Shown: positions 26,661 to 36,237, counted from the stretch's first letter. The stretch is 64,000 nucleotides of DNA from Candidatus Saccharimonadales bacterium (GCA_041751215.1 JBGSXW010000002.1:3123-67122); one strand, 5' to 3'. Made by a program: numbers and translations. Notes: generated by a model from the sequence alone, not told the origin.

Positions 26661-27401
26661 ATGAAAAGTTTGCAAGATTTAGGCTTTGAGCTTGGTGGAG
26701 ACGAGGCGCACCTTCAAAAGGTTGCCCCAGAAGACATAAACCCCGAGCGGTTTTTTGATCAGGCCGAGCCGTTACTCGAAGAATTGAGTGAATCAGTCTT
26801 AACTGAAGTCGTGCCCAACCTCGAAGACTATGAGGGGCGCTGGCACCCACTTGGTTTTATGATCTACCCATTAGGAGTGCATGAGGGCTTAGGTTCGTTG
26901 CGTCTCCATATATGGCCGGCTGGACATAGGGTTTCTATTGACGGCGGCTCGGGCATTCATGATCACGCTTGGTATCTTGCTTCGCGAGTACTCGCGGGTG
27001 TGTATTCTGACGATCGTTACGATGTTGAACTTATGCCAGATAAAGCACCAGAAGGTGATTTATCAGAACCTTTTTTTCGGGTTTTTGGGGTTACAAAAGT
27101 TCCTGGCGAACCAGACGGCCTAAGAACTGATGGCACCTACGCACGTGCGCAAGTTTTCGATCAAGTGTTGGTACCGGCGGGCTTAACTCACCGGATTGAA
27201 CCGGGCGCATTTCATCTGCCAACAATTTCTGAAGGACAGCTGGCGGCAACGTTGGTCCTAGATTCTCCAAGCTTGGGCTTTAAACCAAGCATTTTGATCA
27301 ACAGATCGTCTGAGCCCATCTTTAACCCAAGACCAGCGGTTCACGAGTCCGAAGCCCTTCAGGTAAAAGATCAGATATTATCCGACCAACAAAGCAGCTA
27401 G
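26661..27401 (+). CDS. hypothetical protein, possibly cupin-like
   Basis: 246 aa with His cluster LHIWPAGH...GIHDHAW. Its codon usage resembles the backbone rather than the flanking GC-rich DNA. Confidence 0.55.
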   Translation: MKSLQDLGFELGGDEAHLQKVAPEDINPERFFDQAEPLLEELSESVLTEVVPNLEDYEGRWHPLGFMIYPLGVHEGLGSLRLHIWPAGHRVSIDGGSGIHDHAWYLASRVLAGVYSDDRYDVELMPDKAPEGDLSEPFFRVFGVTKVPGEPDGLRTDGTYARAQVFDQVLVPAGLTHRIEPGAFHLPTISEGQLAATLVLDSPSLGFKPSILINRSSEPIFNPRPAVHESEALQVKDQILSDQQSS

Positions 27402-27588
27402 TTAATACTTAAGCTTGCTACTTGCGCGAGTTACTTAGATAATTATCCAGATTGGATGGGACCAAAGGACTTTAACAGTGCCAGGTTGGACGAGTCGCCT
27501 TTTTAATAAGAGACCGCTCCCCCGACCTGGCAAAGGGTAATTGGGAAACAAATCGCCCAGACATGGGCCAAACCGAAAGGAGAGGCCC

Positions 27589-28328
27589 GTGGCCTCACGC
27601 AATTGGATAGAGCTCAACGCAGCGGCGCAAGCTGCTGGTCGGCACGTCTGTGCTGGCATCGACCTCGACCTGAGCAAGCTGCCGGCTGGACTGGAGACTC
27701 CAGAAGGTCAGCTGTCGGCATGGTGGATCGCACCGGAGTCGACGCCATCACGATCACCCCGTACATGGGGCGGATCAAAGGGCTGCAACCGTTCCTCGAT
27801 CGGGCCGACAAGGGCGCGATCGTGCTCTGCCGGACCAGCAATGCCGGCGGTGCCGAGACGCAGGACATCCCCTGTGTGCCCCTGTTCGATCCCGACACGG
27901 AGCAGTTCTACGCGAGCGAGCGTCACTACGAGCTCGAGAACGGTCACCCGCCCACGGTGCTCATGAACGATGCGATGCGTATGCCGTACTACAAGTACAT
28001 CGCCTACCGTGTGACCAGCGCGTGGAACGCCAACGGCAACTGCGTGATGGTGGTCGGCGCGACGGTTCCGGAGGAGATGGTCGAGATCCGCAAGATCGCC
28101 GGCAACATGCCGTTGCTCATTCCGGGCATCGGCAAGCAAGGCGGCGACCTCAAGTCGGCGGTGCTCTCGGGCATCGACAGCGAGGGTCAGGGCATCATCG
28201 TGAACAACAGCTCCGCGCTGACGTTCGCGTCCGATGGGCCGGACTACGCCGATGCTGCGGCCAAGGTGGCCGAAGGAATGCACAAGGAGATCACGGAGAT
28301 CATCGCCCAGCACCTCGCTGCGGCCTGA
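27589..28328 (+). pseudogene. pyrF: orotidine-5'-phosphate decarboxylase (type 2 pyrF), apparently disrupted
   Basis: A GTG start after aaggagag gives ...HVCAGIDLDLSKLP (the N-terminal substrate-binding motif) in one frame. From ~27720 the homology continues in another frame (GVDAITITPYMG, VLCRTSNAGG, LLIPGIGKQGGD). The ~55-aa segment that should carry DxKxxD is absent. Confidence 0.55.
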
Positions 28329-28345
28329 ACGACCTAGGAGGTCAC

Positions 28346-29041
28346 ATGGGAGCAATCTACGACGCCCTGGTGGAGAATGATGGCATCCACTTGGGTGGCC
28401 ACTTCATCTACACCAGCGGCGTCCACGTCGAGCGCTACCACAACGTGCGCTGGTCGGCCTGCGACAACGACACCATGTCGATGATCGCGTCAGACATGGT
28501 CGACCCGCAGTGGGCTGGTCAAGTCGACGTCGTCTTCGGTCCAGAGACCTTGGGTCGGACTTTCGTGGATCGAGTTGGCCAGGCAGCGTCGCAACAAGGC
28601 GTTACTGGCCTGAAGGTCATGTGGTGCCAGATCGTCAAGCACGATGACGGCACTCGTGAGGTGCGCTTGCCAGACGAAGAGATGTACGGCTTCAGCCGTT
28701 ACCTCAAGCCTGGTGCCAAGGTGTGGATCATCGACGACGTGCTGTCCAAGGGCACGACTTCCCTCTTGGTCCTCAACTTCTTGCGCGCATTCGGCGTTGA
28801 AATCGTCGGTGTTTCGGCTGTGCTTCGGCTCAACCAGACGGTGACGGCGAAAGTGCTGGGTGTCCCTGCGCTGCAATTCCTCGAAGACGTCGTCGGCGTC
28901 GAGATGCTCAGCGAAGCCGAGTGCCAGGAACGCGGCATGTGCTCGCGCAACGAGCCGATCGTGCTCAAGCCCGGTCACGGATTCGAGTACCAGATCGAGC
29001 ACCCCGATTACCCCGGAGGATACGTCGATCTCGATCGATGA
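28346..29041 (+). CDS. type I phosphoribosyltransferase (orotate PRTase-like)
   Basis: ATG after ggaggtcac inside track ORF 28022..29041. PRPP-binding loop KVWIIDDVLSKGTTS, with strong GC3. Confidence 0.7.
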   Translation: MGAIYDALVENDGIHLGGHFIYTSGVHVERYHNVRWSACDNDTMSMIASDMVDPQWAGQVDVVFGPETLGRTFVDRVGQAASQQGVTGLKVMWCQIVKHDDGTREVRLPDEEMYGFSRYLKPGAKVWIIDDVLSKGTTSLLVLNFLRAFGVEIVGVSAVLRLNQTVTAKVLGVPALQFLEDVVGVEMLSEAECQERGMCSRNEPIVLKPGHGFEYQIEHPDYPGGYVDLDR

Positions 29042-29306
29042 CACCTCTTTGTCCTATCCGACCTTGCCGGTCGATACTTTTCCCTTTTGGGATTTGTGTC
29101 GGCCGGCTTTCTCTTTGGCCGCTCTTCAGCGCGAATCAACGTGGCCCAGTCGCCTGGCACAGCCAGTCGTGACGGCCACTCTGCGTCACGTGCTCTGTTG
29201 CTCGCCAGCAGTACTTTCGTGTGTACAACTGAGCTCTGCTACTCGCACCTTCCTTGTGCTTCATCACTGAAGAGACGCCCAAACTAACCGAGGGTTGGCT
29301 ACTAAT

Positions 29307-29520
29307 TGGTTTATTACTACTGCCGCCGCGTCTAGTAAAACCTCTGAACTTGTAAGGACAGAACCTGGCGTGACGAGGACTGTCCGCCAGCTGGCGGACG
29401 GACTCCGCAGTCACCCAAGTTCTGTCTGAAGCAAGTTCATGAGTGTTTTGGTAGTAGCGGGATAGTTTTGGGGCACCTTTTCTAAAAAGGCGCCACTACC
29501 CTCGCCGGGAGCGACAAGCA
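29307..29520. repeat. structured repeat, copy A (inverted relative to copy B)
   Basis: Core 29337-29516 aligns to the reverse complement of 43146-43317. It folds as a long hairpin plus two short hairpins and begins a few nt beyond the response-regulator stop. Confidence 0.7.
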
Positions 29521-29524
29521 AAGA

Positions 29525-29956
29525 CTAACTAGTTGGTCCGGTAGCTGGCCCCTGCGATTGCTCGGGCACTTCCCCGAACTTCTCGATCTGCTTGATCAGC
29601 TCGACTAGTTTGCGCGGTGTAATATCAGCTTTAATCAAATATCCATCGGCTCGCTCTTCGATTGCAGCTCGGGTTTTTTCGTCCTGGTCGAGGTTGGTCG
29701 TAACTACTACCTTGGTGTTTGGTAGTCCTTGTCCATCAACACCGCGGATCTTGTTAAGCACCTCAATACCGGTCATGTCGGGAATCATAAGGTCTAGTAG
29801 AACTAGGTCGTACTTTCCGGTTTGCGCCATTTCCAGACCCTTAGGACCAGTAATCACCTCATCGACTTCATAACCAGCCCGGCGCAGCGCCCGAGCGTAG
29901 AGTTCGCTGATAAAGCGATCATCTTCGATACATAGAATGGTTTTTAATCCAGCCAT
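29525..29956 (-). CDS. single-domain response regulator (CheY-like receiver)
   Basis: 143 aa with ILCIEDD, DLVLLDLMIPDMTG and a YLIK-type lysine region; there is no output domain. Confidence 0.85.
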   Translation of the reverse strand: MAGLKTILCIEDDRFISELYARALRRAGYEVDEVITGPKGLEMAQTGKYDLVLLDLMIPDMTGIEVLNKIRGVDGQGLPNTKVVVTTNLDQDEKTRAAIEERADGYLIKADITPRKLVELIKQIEKFGEVPEQSQGPATGPTS

Positions 29957-31448
29957 GAGCCCCTCTTATAATTGCACCGTTATTATCGGTTGTTTTAAGT
30001 TTATCGGCAACCGAAGTATAAGTTGGCAGATCAAAGCCAAAAGTAGCTCCCTGCCCCTCGGTTGAGCGCACCCAGATGTTGCCGCCGTGACCCTCGACAA
30101 TCGCCTTAGACAAGTATAATCCAAGCCCTGTCCCGCCAACGTTCTCGCGTGAGCGATGCGATCGGTAGAATTTATCAAACAACTTGCCGATAACAGACTC
30201 TGGTATGCCGATGCCAAAGTCTTGAACGGTGGTTTCGATCATGCCGTCTTTTTCATAGGTACTTACAATAATCTGACCACCGTCGGGGCTGTACTTAATG
30301 GCGTTGTCTATTAGGTTGCTCAACACCTCATAAATGCTAACTCGGTCGGCGGCCACGGTTGGCATTTGTTGAGGCATCTTAAGTAGTAGTTTGCGGTTAC
30401 GCACCGCTGCTCGCAGCGCAAAGTCCTGAGCTGCTCCTTTGATAGTTTCGAGCCAGTTTTCTTCTTGCAGGTGAACAGTCATCTGCTCGTTTTCGATCTT
30501 AACAGCACTTAGGATGTTGTTAACAAAAGTGGCCAGCTGCGCGGCCGAGGCGGTCATTTTATACATAAACTGCTTCTGCTCGGCATCAAGGCCTGGGCCT
30601 AATTCGTCTTCAAATAACTCAATGTAGCCGCGGAGCGCAGTAATCGGTGTCCGAAGTTCGTGAGCCGCCAGCGAGACAAAGCTAACTTCTGATTCGTCTG
30701 ACGCGTAGAGTTTAGTGTGGTCAAATAACACCAGAACGACCTCTAGGCCTTCGCTGTCATTCTTACTAAAGGTTGCGATTAAATCAAACATTCGGTTGGA
30801 CTGATCTTGCATTGTCAGCTTGACCCGCTCCCATGTGCGCATGGTCTTTATGCTGCTTTTTTGGCATTCATCTAGCCAGCTGTTTAGGGTTACCGATTCA
30901 AGAAAGCTAAGGTTGTAGATTGCACTAAAGTCTTGGCCAACAACTTGATCAACTTTTTCACCAACATATTTGTTAGCGGCTAAGTTGTGGTAACGAATTT
31001 TCTTGTCTTTATCAAGAACCAGAATCGGGGTAGGAATTGTGCCAAGCAGTGCACCCATGTAGCTATGCTCAGAGGATAGTCGTTGATTTAATTTTTGCTG
31101 CCCACTGGCAATGTCATAAATCGTGCCGATCGCCTGGTTAAGCAACTGTCGGCCATACAGCGACGAAGTTATGTCGGGTGCGGCAGTCTCGCCGTTTTCA
31201 GAGCTAACGTGCATGATAGCTTGGGTTAGCAGCTCCATTGGTTTCGTTAGAGTTTTGCTGATTAACAATGCAAATATTAAGCTCACTACGGCTCCGATTA
31301 TCACTCCGGCCGAGATGGCGATAAGCGGTGCAACCTCTATGACGTAGGCCATGACGTACCAGGATATTGATACAACGCTGGATACGATTAGATAACTGGC
31401 AATCGAGATGCTGGTGGTCTGTGACTTATAGTTTCCAAGGGATATCAT
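29919..31448 (-). CDS. sensor histidine kinase
   Basis: Start taken at Met16 (a 4-nt ATGA-type overlap with the upstream gene). Two TM helices, H-box SLAAHELRTPITAL and G-box GTGLGLYLSKAIVEGHGG. Confidence 0.85.
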   Translation of the reverse strand: MISLGNYKSQTTSISIASYLIVSSVVSISWYVMAYVIEVAPLIAISAGVIIGAVVSLIFALLISKTLTKPMELLTQAIMHVSSENGETAAPDITSSLYGRQLLNQAIGTIYDIASGQQKLNQRLSSEHSYMGALLGTIPTPILVLDKDKKIRYHNLAANKYVGEKVDQVVGQDFSAIYNLSFLESVTLNSWLDECQKSSIKTMRTWERVKLTMQDQSNRMFDLIATFSKNDSEGLEVVLVLFDHTKLYASDESEVSFVSLAAHELRTPITALRGYIELFEDELGPGLDAEQKQFMYKMTASAAQLATFVNNILSAVKIENEQMTVHLQEENWLETIKGAAQDFALRAAVRNRKLLLKMPQQMPTVAADRVSIYEVLSNLIDNAIKYSPDGGQIIVSTYEKDGMIETTVQDFGIGIPESVIGKLFDKFYRSHRSRENVGGTGLGLYLSKAIVEGHGGNIWVRSTEGQGATFGFDLPTYTSVADKLKTTDNNGAIIRGAHGWIKNHSMYRR

Positions 31449-32503
31449 GGCCGGTATTGAACCGGGCTGCCTGGACTGACCGCCGTAACCCAAGTTTGAC
31501 CTGGATTTAAGCTGATCGGCTGCCCACCCCCTGTTTTAAATCTAAACTGACCACCACGTGCATTGCGAGTCCAGACGCCCTTTATTACTCGGCCGTCCTG
31601 AAAAATTGTGACCTTTCCGGTGCCAACTAGATCGTAGTGCCAGCGGCTGTTGGCTGTGCCACCATTTTGAAACTGCATAGCGATAACCACGCTTGGTGCC
31701 AGTTGCTGCTTGGTCTGAGCGTCTCTGTGAATCTGTCCTCCAACCCAGCGCTTGTAGGTGTTGGTTTTGCGATCGTACTGATAACGCACATCGTAAAGAG
31801 TCGAAGATATTGGGATGTTAATTGTACGTGCAGTTACCTTGCCTTCAGGATTAGCTTCTTTGCGCGGCCAAGATATAAAGTCACTAGTTTTGTAGCCTTT
31901 TTGCTTCATTAGCTTATCGAGATAACCACTGGTGGTATAGACGTTATGCGGAGCATAGCGGTGAGTAGCCCGCCAGTAAGCCTGGGGGTTCTGGAACTGA
32001 TCCAGATCTTTCATCTTGAACTTTTGTGCTTGAACTTGCGCTCTTAAGCTCCCACCGACATGGGCTACGGCGGCATCAAAGGCTAGCGCCCAATCTATGA
32101 AATAAGGACGCATGCTACGAACCGGGCCAATTGGTTGATGTCGATTTTCTTGCCACAGAGTCATGAAGCGGGTGATTCCGCCTTCGGCAATGGCTTCAAA
32201 CACGACTCCAGCCTTGTGCAGACCTGACTGAGGGCGCGCATCGGGGCTGTTCTCAATAACTATTCCGATCACTGGTCGGCGCGCGGCCGCCGGCGAAACC
32301 TGAACTCCGGTAAGCGGCGAGGCTACAGTTGTTGGTTCTTGTTCGGTGCTGTTTGTATCGGTATCGGTGCGAGCGACCGTGTCGTTTGAGCGCATAACTA
32401 GAGCAGTTACTCCCCCACCGAGCAGTAAAATGAGTACAGCAACTATTAGGACTGTTCGTTTTTTATGACTGCGAATCCAGTCCGCAATCTGCTTACGCTT
32501 CAT
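31445..32503 (-). CDS. DUF3048 (YerB-like) secreted/lipoprotein-type protein
   Basis: 352 aa with an N-terminal TM/signal segment. GIVIENSPDARPQSGLHKAGVVFEAIAEGGITRF matches my recollection of the DUF3048 family. Confidence 0.65.
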   Translation of the reverse strand: MKRKQIADWIRSHKKRTVLIVAVLILLLGGGVTALVMRSNDTVARTDTDTNSTEQEPTTVASPLTGVQVSPAAARRPVIGIVIENSPDARPQSGLHKAGVVFEAIAEGGITRFMTLWQENRHQPIGPVRSMRPYFIDWALAFDAAVAHVGGSLRAQVQAQKFKMKDLDQFQNPQAYWRATHRYAPHNVYTTSGYLDKLMKQKGYKTSDFISWPRKEANPEGKVTARTINIPISSTLYDVRYQYDRKTNTYKRWVGGQIHRDAQTKQQLAPSVVIAMQFQNGGTANSRWHYDLVGTGKVTIFQDGRVIKGVWTRNARGGQFRFKTGGGQPISLNPGQTWVTAVSPGSPVQYRP

Positions 32504-32516
32504 GCAGATGAGTATA

Positions 32517-33971
32517 TCAAGATGAGTGGGCGCGCGCCAGGGGTATTGTCAGGGCGTGCTCGAGTTGTTTTAGGCTGCGGTCTTTGCCTAGTAAGTTAAG
32601 CGTTTCGGCCAGGCCAGGGCTAGAAGGACTCCAGGTGACACAGATTCGGATTAGGCTAAACAAGACTGCCGGCTTTTGGTTGGTTTTTTCTAACAGCTCG
32701 TTTAAGCCAGCAACCAAACTGTTCTCAGAAAAATCATTGTCTTTAAGCATAGCCACCGCTTCGCTAAGCAACGACTTTAGCTCGGTCTCAGGCAGTTTTT
32801 TAAGTTGCTTGTGAGAGCTTATTAAATCAAGATTAGGCTCAAGGTCCTCAAAGAAAAAGCTAGAAAGCGCTGGTAGTTCGGCAAAGTGTTTAAGTCGATC
32901 TTGTAAGAGCGCTAAAACTCGGCGCTTGTAATCATCGGGAAATTCTTCGGCTGATTCTGGCCAGAAGCTTTGTACTAATTTGTAGAGCTCATCGATCGAG
33001 GCTTTTCGAACATGGGCACCTTGCAGCCAAGACAGCCGGGTTTCGTCAAAACGGGAGCCGTTTTTTTGGATTCGCTTCATGTCAAACTTGCTAATTAGTT
33101 CTTCAGTTGTAAAAACCTCTTGTTCGGTTCCGTCGTTCCAGCCAAGTGTGGCTAAAAAGTTCATCATGGCAGCCGGCAAATAGCCTTGCTCTCGGTAATC
33201 TAGGATATCTTTTGCCCCGTCTCGCTTAGATAGTTTTTTGTTTCCGGTTGGTCCAAGAATGTGTGGCACGGTGCCCATTATTGGCGGTGTAACTCCAAGG
33301 GCTTCGTAGAGATTCAAATAAATTGGCGTGCTAGCAATAAATTCTTGTCCTCGAATGATGTGAGTTATCTCCATATCGACATCATCAACAATGTGCGAGA
33401 AGTTGTAGGTCGGGTAGCCATCGGACTTAACTAGAATGAAGTCATCTATTACTTCCGGACCAGTCGATAAGTCGCCCATGACCTCGTCATGCCAGTTATA
33501 GTTTTTTGGGTCAGACTTAAAGCGCAGCGGCTGGGTTCCGTCCCATTCGGGAGGATTTTCTGGCCGATGATTGCGATACAGAAACGGCTTTTTGGTTGCC
33601 TGGGCTTCTTCACGGAACTTCTGTACTTCTTGTGCACTGTACGGGTCGGCGTAAGCTCGGCCCTGTTCAACTAGCTTTTTAGCCCACTCCTGGTAGCGAT
33701 CGAGTCGCTCGCTTTGGCGGTACGAACCATGCTTGCCGGGTTTATCAAAACCCTCTTCCCAACCGATGCCAACCCAGCGCAAAGATTCGGCGATGTGGGC
33801 ATCGGCACCAGCTACTTCTCGTTTCTTGTCGGTGTCCTCGAGCCGGAGTATGAACTGTCCGTCTCCTTGCTTGGCGATTAGCCATGCAAATAAAGCGGTG
33901 CGAACTCCGCCAACGTGCAAATAGCCAGTTGGGCTGGGTGCGAATCTAGTGCGGACAGATTGGTTGCTCAT
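32517..33971 (-). CDS. gltX: glutamate--tRNA ligase
   Basis: 484 aa with RFAPSPTGYLHVGG (HIGH) and KLSKRDG (KMSKS). Confidence 0.95.
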   Translation of the reverse strand: MSNQSVRTRFAPSPTGYLHVGGVRTALFAWLIAKQGDGQFILRLEDTDKKREVAGADAHIAESLRWVGIGWEEGFDKPGKHGSYRQSERLDRYQEWAKKLVEQGRAYADPYSAQEVQKFREEAQATKKPFLYRNHRPENPPEWDGTQPLRFKSDPKNYNWHDEVMGDLSTGPEVIDDFILVKSDGYPTYNFSHIVDDVDMEITHIIRGQEFIASTPIYLNLYEALGVTPPIMGTVPHILGPTGNKKLSKRDGAKDILDYREQGYLPAAMMNFLATLGWNDGTEQEVFTTEELISKFDMKRIQKNGSRFDETRLSWLQGAHVRKASIDELYKLVQSFWPESAEEFPDDYKRRVLALLQDRLKHFAELPALSSFFFEDLEPNLDLISSHKQLKKLPETELKSLLSEAVAMLKDNDFSENSLVAGLNELLEKTNQKPAVLFSLIRICVTWSPSSPGLAETLNLLGKDRSLKQLEHALTIPLARAHSS

Positions 33972-34011
33972 ATCAGATAAGTATCGGCGATTTAGCAGAT
34001 TTGGGCAAGTT

Positions 34012-35007
34012 TTAGAGGCTGCTGGCGATTTTTAGAAGCTGCTCGGTGTTGAGCGGAGCATCGCCCTCGATGGAGTACCAGACTCCCCCATCTACCCAGC
34101 TAGCGTTGCTTCCATCGTAAACGTAGACCGTAAGTCCGCGCTCCTGGAAAGTTAAGTGCTGCTCGTGCTCTTTAGCTACGTAGTTGTCTAATAGAGACTG
34201 CGAATCCCAGTTGGATTCCTTTTCGGTTACTTGATAGGTGCTGTCATCGGTATTGGACTTATACTGCAGGGTTAGTTCACCCTGAGAGTACGATGACGGT
34301 CCGGTAAAGGCATAGCCGGATGGTTGATAGCTTGGGATGTTAGCGTCCATTCCGGCTCGAGATGCTGCAATGCGCAAGGCTACATTGGGCACGTTAAGAT
34401 AAGTAAAGTAGCTGCCTAAAACCAAAACTGCTGCCACAGCAGCGGCAACGGCGGCAAACTTAGGCTTGTGTAAAGCAGTTCTGCCGAGTCGTTTTTTACT
34501 GGCTTTGTGTTTAGCAGGAGTTGGACTGACTGATGGAGCAGCTTGTGGGGCTACTGCGGCTGCTGGTCGAGTCGAGGTTACGGCTGGGGCCTGTGCTAAC
34601 GGCAGCACAACCGGGGCACTGAGCGCTGGCTCGGCGTTTGTTTTTGGCTGAGCATTTGACCCAAACTTAGAAATCATGGAGCTCTTTTGATGACGATTTG
34701 CCCGGCTAAGTCGTTCTTCGGCTGGGCCGGCAATCTTAGGTGAAGCAGCTGTTTTTTGCGGCGTCTGACTTGCTCGCACGGCGGCGCGGTGGAGAGTTTT
34801 GCTTTTTTGAACTGGGCGGGTGTGATGAGGTTGAGGTGTTCTGGCCGGTTTGCTAGTGGTTGCTGACTTGCGACTAGCGGGAGCTCTAAAACCATCGATT
34901 ACTTTTGGCGCACCCGTATTTAACTTAGCTAACTTTGCTATTGGTTGGCCAGTTGTTGCGTCGTAGCGGCGCCCGTTGATTTCGATAATGTTTTGTTTGG
35001 AGCTCAT
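34012..35007 (-). CDS. hypothetical membrane-anchored Pro/Ala-rich protein
   Basis: 331 aa with a low-complexity basic N-terminal half, one TM helix (FAAVAAAVAAVLVLGSYF) and a globular C-terminal domain. Confidence 0.55.
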   Translation of the reverse strand: MSSKQNIIEINGRRYDATTGQPIAKLAKLNTGAPKVIDGFRAPASRKSATTSKPARTPQPHHTRPVQKSKTLHRAAVRASQTPQKTAASPKIAGPAEERLSRANRHQKSSMISKFGSNAQPKTNAEPALSAPVVLPLAQAPAVTSTRPAAAVAPQAAPSVSPTPAKHKASKKRLGRTALHKPKFAAVAAAVAAVLVLGSYFTYLNVPNVALRIAASRAGMDANIPSYQPSGYAFTGPSSYSQGELTLQYKSNTDDSTYQVTEKESNWDSQSLLDNYVAKEHEQHLTFQERGLTVYVYDGSNASWVDGGVWYSIEGDAPLNTEQLLKIASSL

Positions 35008-35081
35008 CCCTTACCCGTTAAAAAAGACGCTTATGATCTGCTTAACAGCTTAGAATAAACCAGTCTCAGTTACAAGCTACT

Positions 35082-36086
35082 TTATGCCAGAAGACTGCGC
35101 TTGTAGTCGTCAAGATGAGTTAACGCCATGTGAGCACCTTTGATTGTGCATAGTTGTGGGTCTTGAGCAACAATACAAGCTACGTGTAGTCGCTTAGTAA
35201 AGTATTCGCTTAGACCGCCAATTTGCGCGCTGCCACCACTCAAAATTAAGCCATGCCGGATAATGTCGCTGATTAGGTCTGGAGGCGTTTGCTCTAGTAC
35301 TCGTCTAATGGCAATTACGATTCTCTCTAGGGTTGTCTCTACGTATGACTGAAGATGAGGAAGTTTAACGGTAGTAGACTTTGGTAGTCCTTGAATCGTG
35401 CTGCGACCATGAACTGTCATGGTGTGCGCTTCGCGCAGCTTGAGGCTCAGGAACTCAGTCTTAATTCGGCGAGTCTCGTCGCCACCAATTTGCATGCCGT
35501 GCTCACGACGCATAAATCGTTGGATTGATTCATCAATAGCGTTTCCGCCCACACGAATCGCACCTTGGGCCACGATTCCGCCCAACGAAAAAACTCCGAT
35601 TTCGGTTGTTCCCGCTCCCATATCTACAATTAGATTTCCTCTCGGTTCGGTTATGGGAAGCCCAGCTCCAAGCGCAGCGGCTACAGCGCCTCTAATCAGA
35701 AAAACCTGCTGAAGCCCAGCTTCGCGGCCAGCGTCAATCAGGGCACGCCGCTCAGTTGAGGTGGCGCTACCAGATACAGTGATCATGGCTTCGGGCTTTT
35801 TAATTTGAAACCGGCCAACAGCTGTTCCTAAGAATTGCTTTAGCATCGCGGTTGCGGCGCCAAAGTCTGCAATCACGCCAGCTTGGAGAGGATAAATTAT
35901 GGTTATAGTGTCTGACGATCGTCCGGCCATATCGATGGCATCATCGCCAATTGCCACAAAGCTATCTAGGGCCTCGTCTTTTGCAACTAAACTGGGCTGA
36001 CTTAAAACGATGCCTTTTCGAGGCACATATATACGGGTCGTTGAACTCCCTAAGTCAATTGCTAGCTTTCTTGTCGCAAGTCCCAT
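35082..36086 (-). CDS. mreB: rod-shape-determining protein MreB
   Basis: 334 aa with actin-fold phosphate motifs IDLGSSTTRIY and DMGAGTTEIGV. Confidence 0.9.
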   Translation of the reverse strand: MGLATRKLAIDLGSSTTRIYVPRKGIVLSQPSLVAKDEALDSFVAIGDDAIDMAGRSSDTITIIYPLQAGVIADFGAATAMLKQFLGTAVGRFQIKKPEAMITVSGSATSTERRALIDAGREAGLQQVFLIRGAVAAALGAGLPITEPRGNLIVDMGAGTTEIGVFSLGGIVAQGAIRVGGNAIDESIQRFMRREHGMQIGGDETRRIKTEFLSLKLREAHTMTVHGRSTIQGLPKSTTVKLPHLQSYVETTLERIVIAIRRVLEQTPPDLISDIIRHGLILSGGSAQIGGLSEYFTKRLHVACIVAQDPQLCTIKGAHMALTHLDDYKRSLLA

Positions 36087-36237
36087 AAGTCACAGCTTTC
36101 TTTTGTTCTCCTTCATTCTAAACGCATTCTATTGGGCTGCAAACTTCTTTAAAGCTGCATGTAGCTGATGCGCCTATCCCCGGCGGCGATCAGATGCTTT
36201 TGCACGAGTCCGCCTAAAGCCTCATAATGTAAAACAT

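Noticed and set aside
25000-29400. Treating the whole GC-rich region as a simple assembly chimera and ignoring it
   Set aside because: This cannot be decided from sequence alone. The patches are interleaved with backbone-like DNA (promoter-like low-GC leader at 25.0-25.26 kb, gene 26661..27401), and three separate patches show the same pattern. It is therefore reported as a finding with an explicit read-support test rather than dismissed.
27435-29414. Minus-strand and alternative-frame ORFs over the pyrF/PRTase block (27614..27898, 27708..28355, 28490..29044, 28699..28968, 28860..29270, 28921..29172, 29087..29287, 29136..29414)
   Set aside because: These are shadow ORFs of GC-rich coding DNA, or lie inside the structured repeat. 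None has a recognisable motif, and they conflict with frames that carry clear enzyme motifs.
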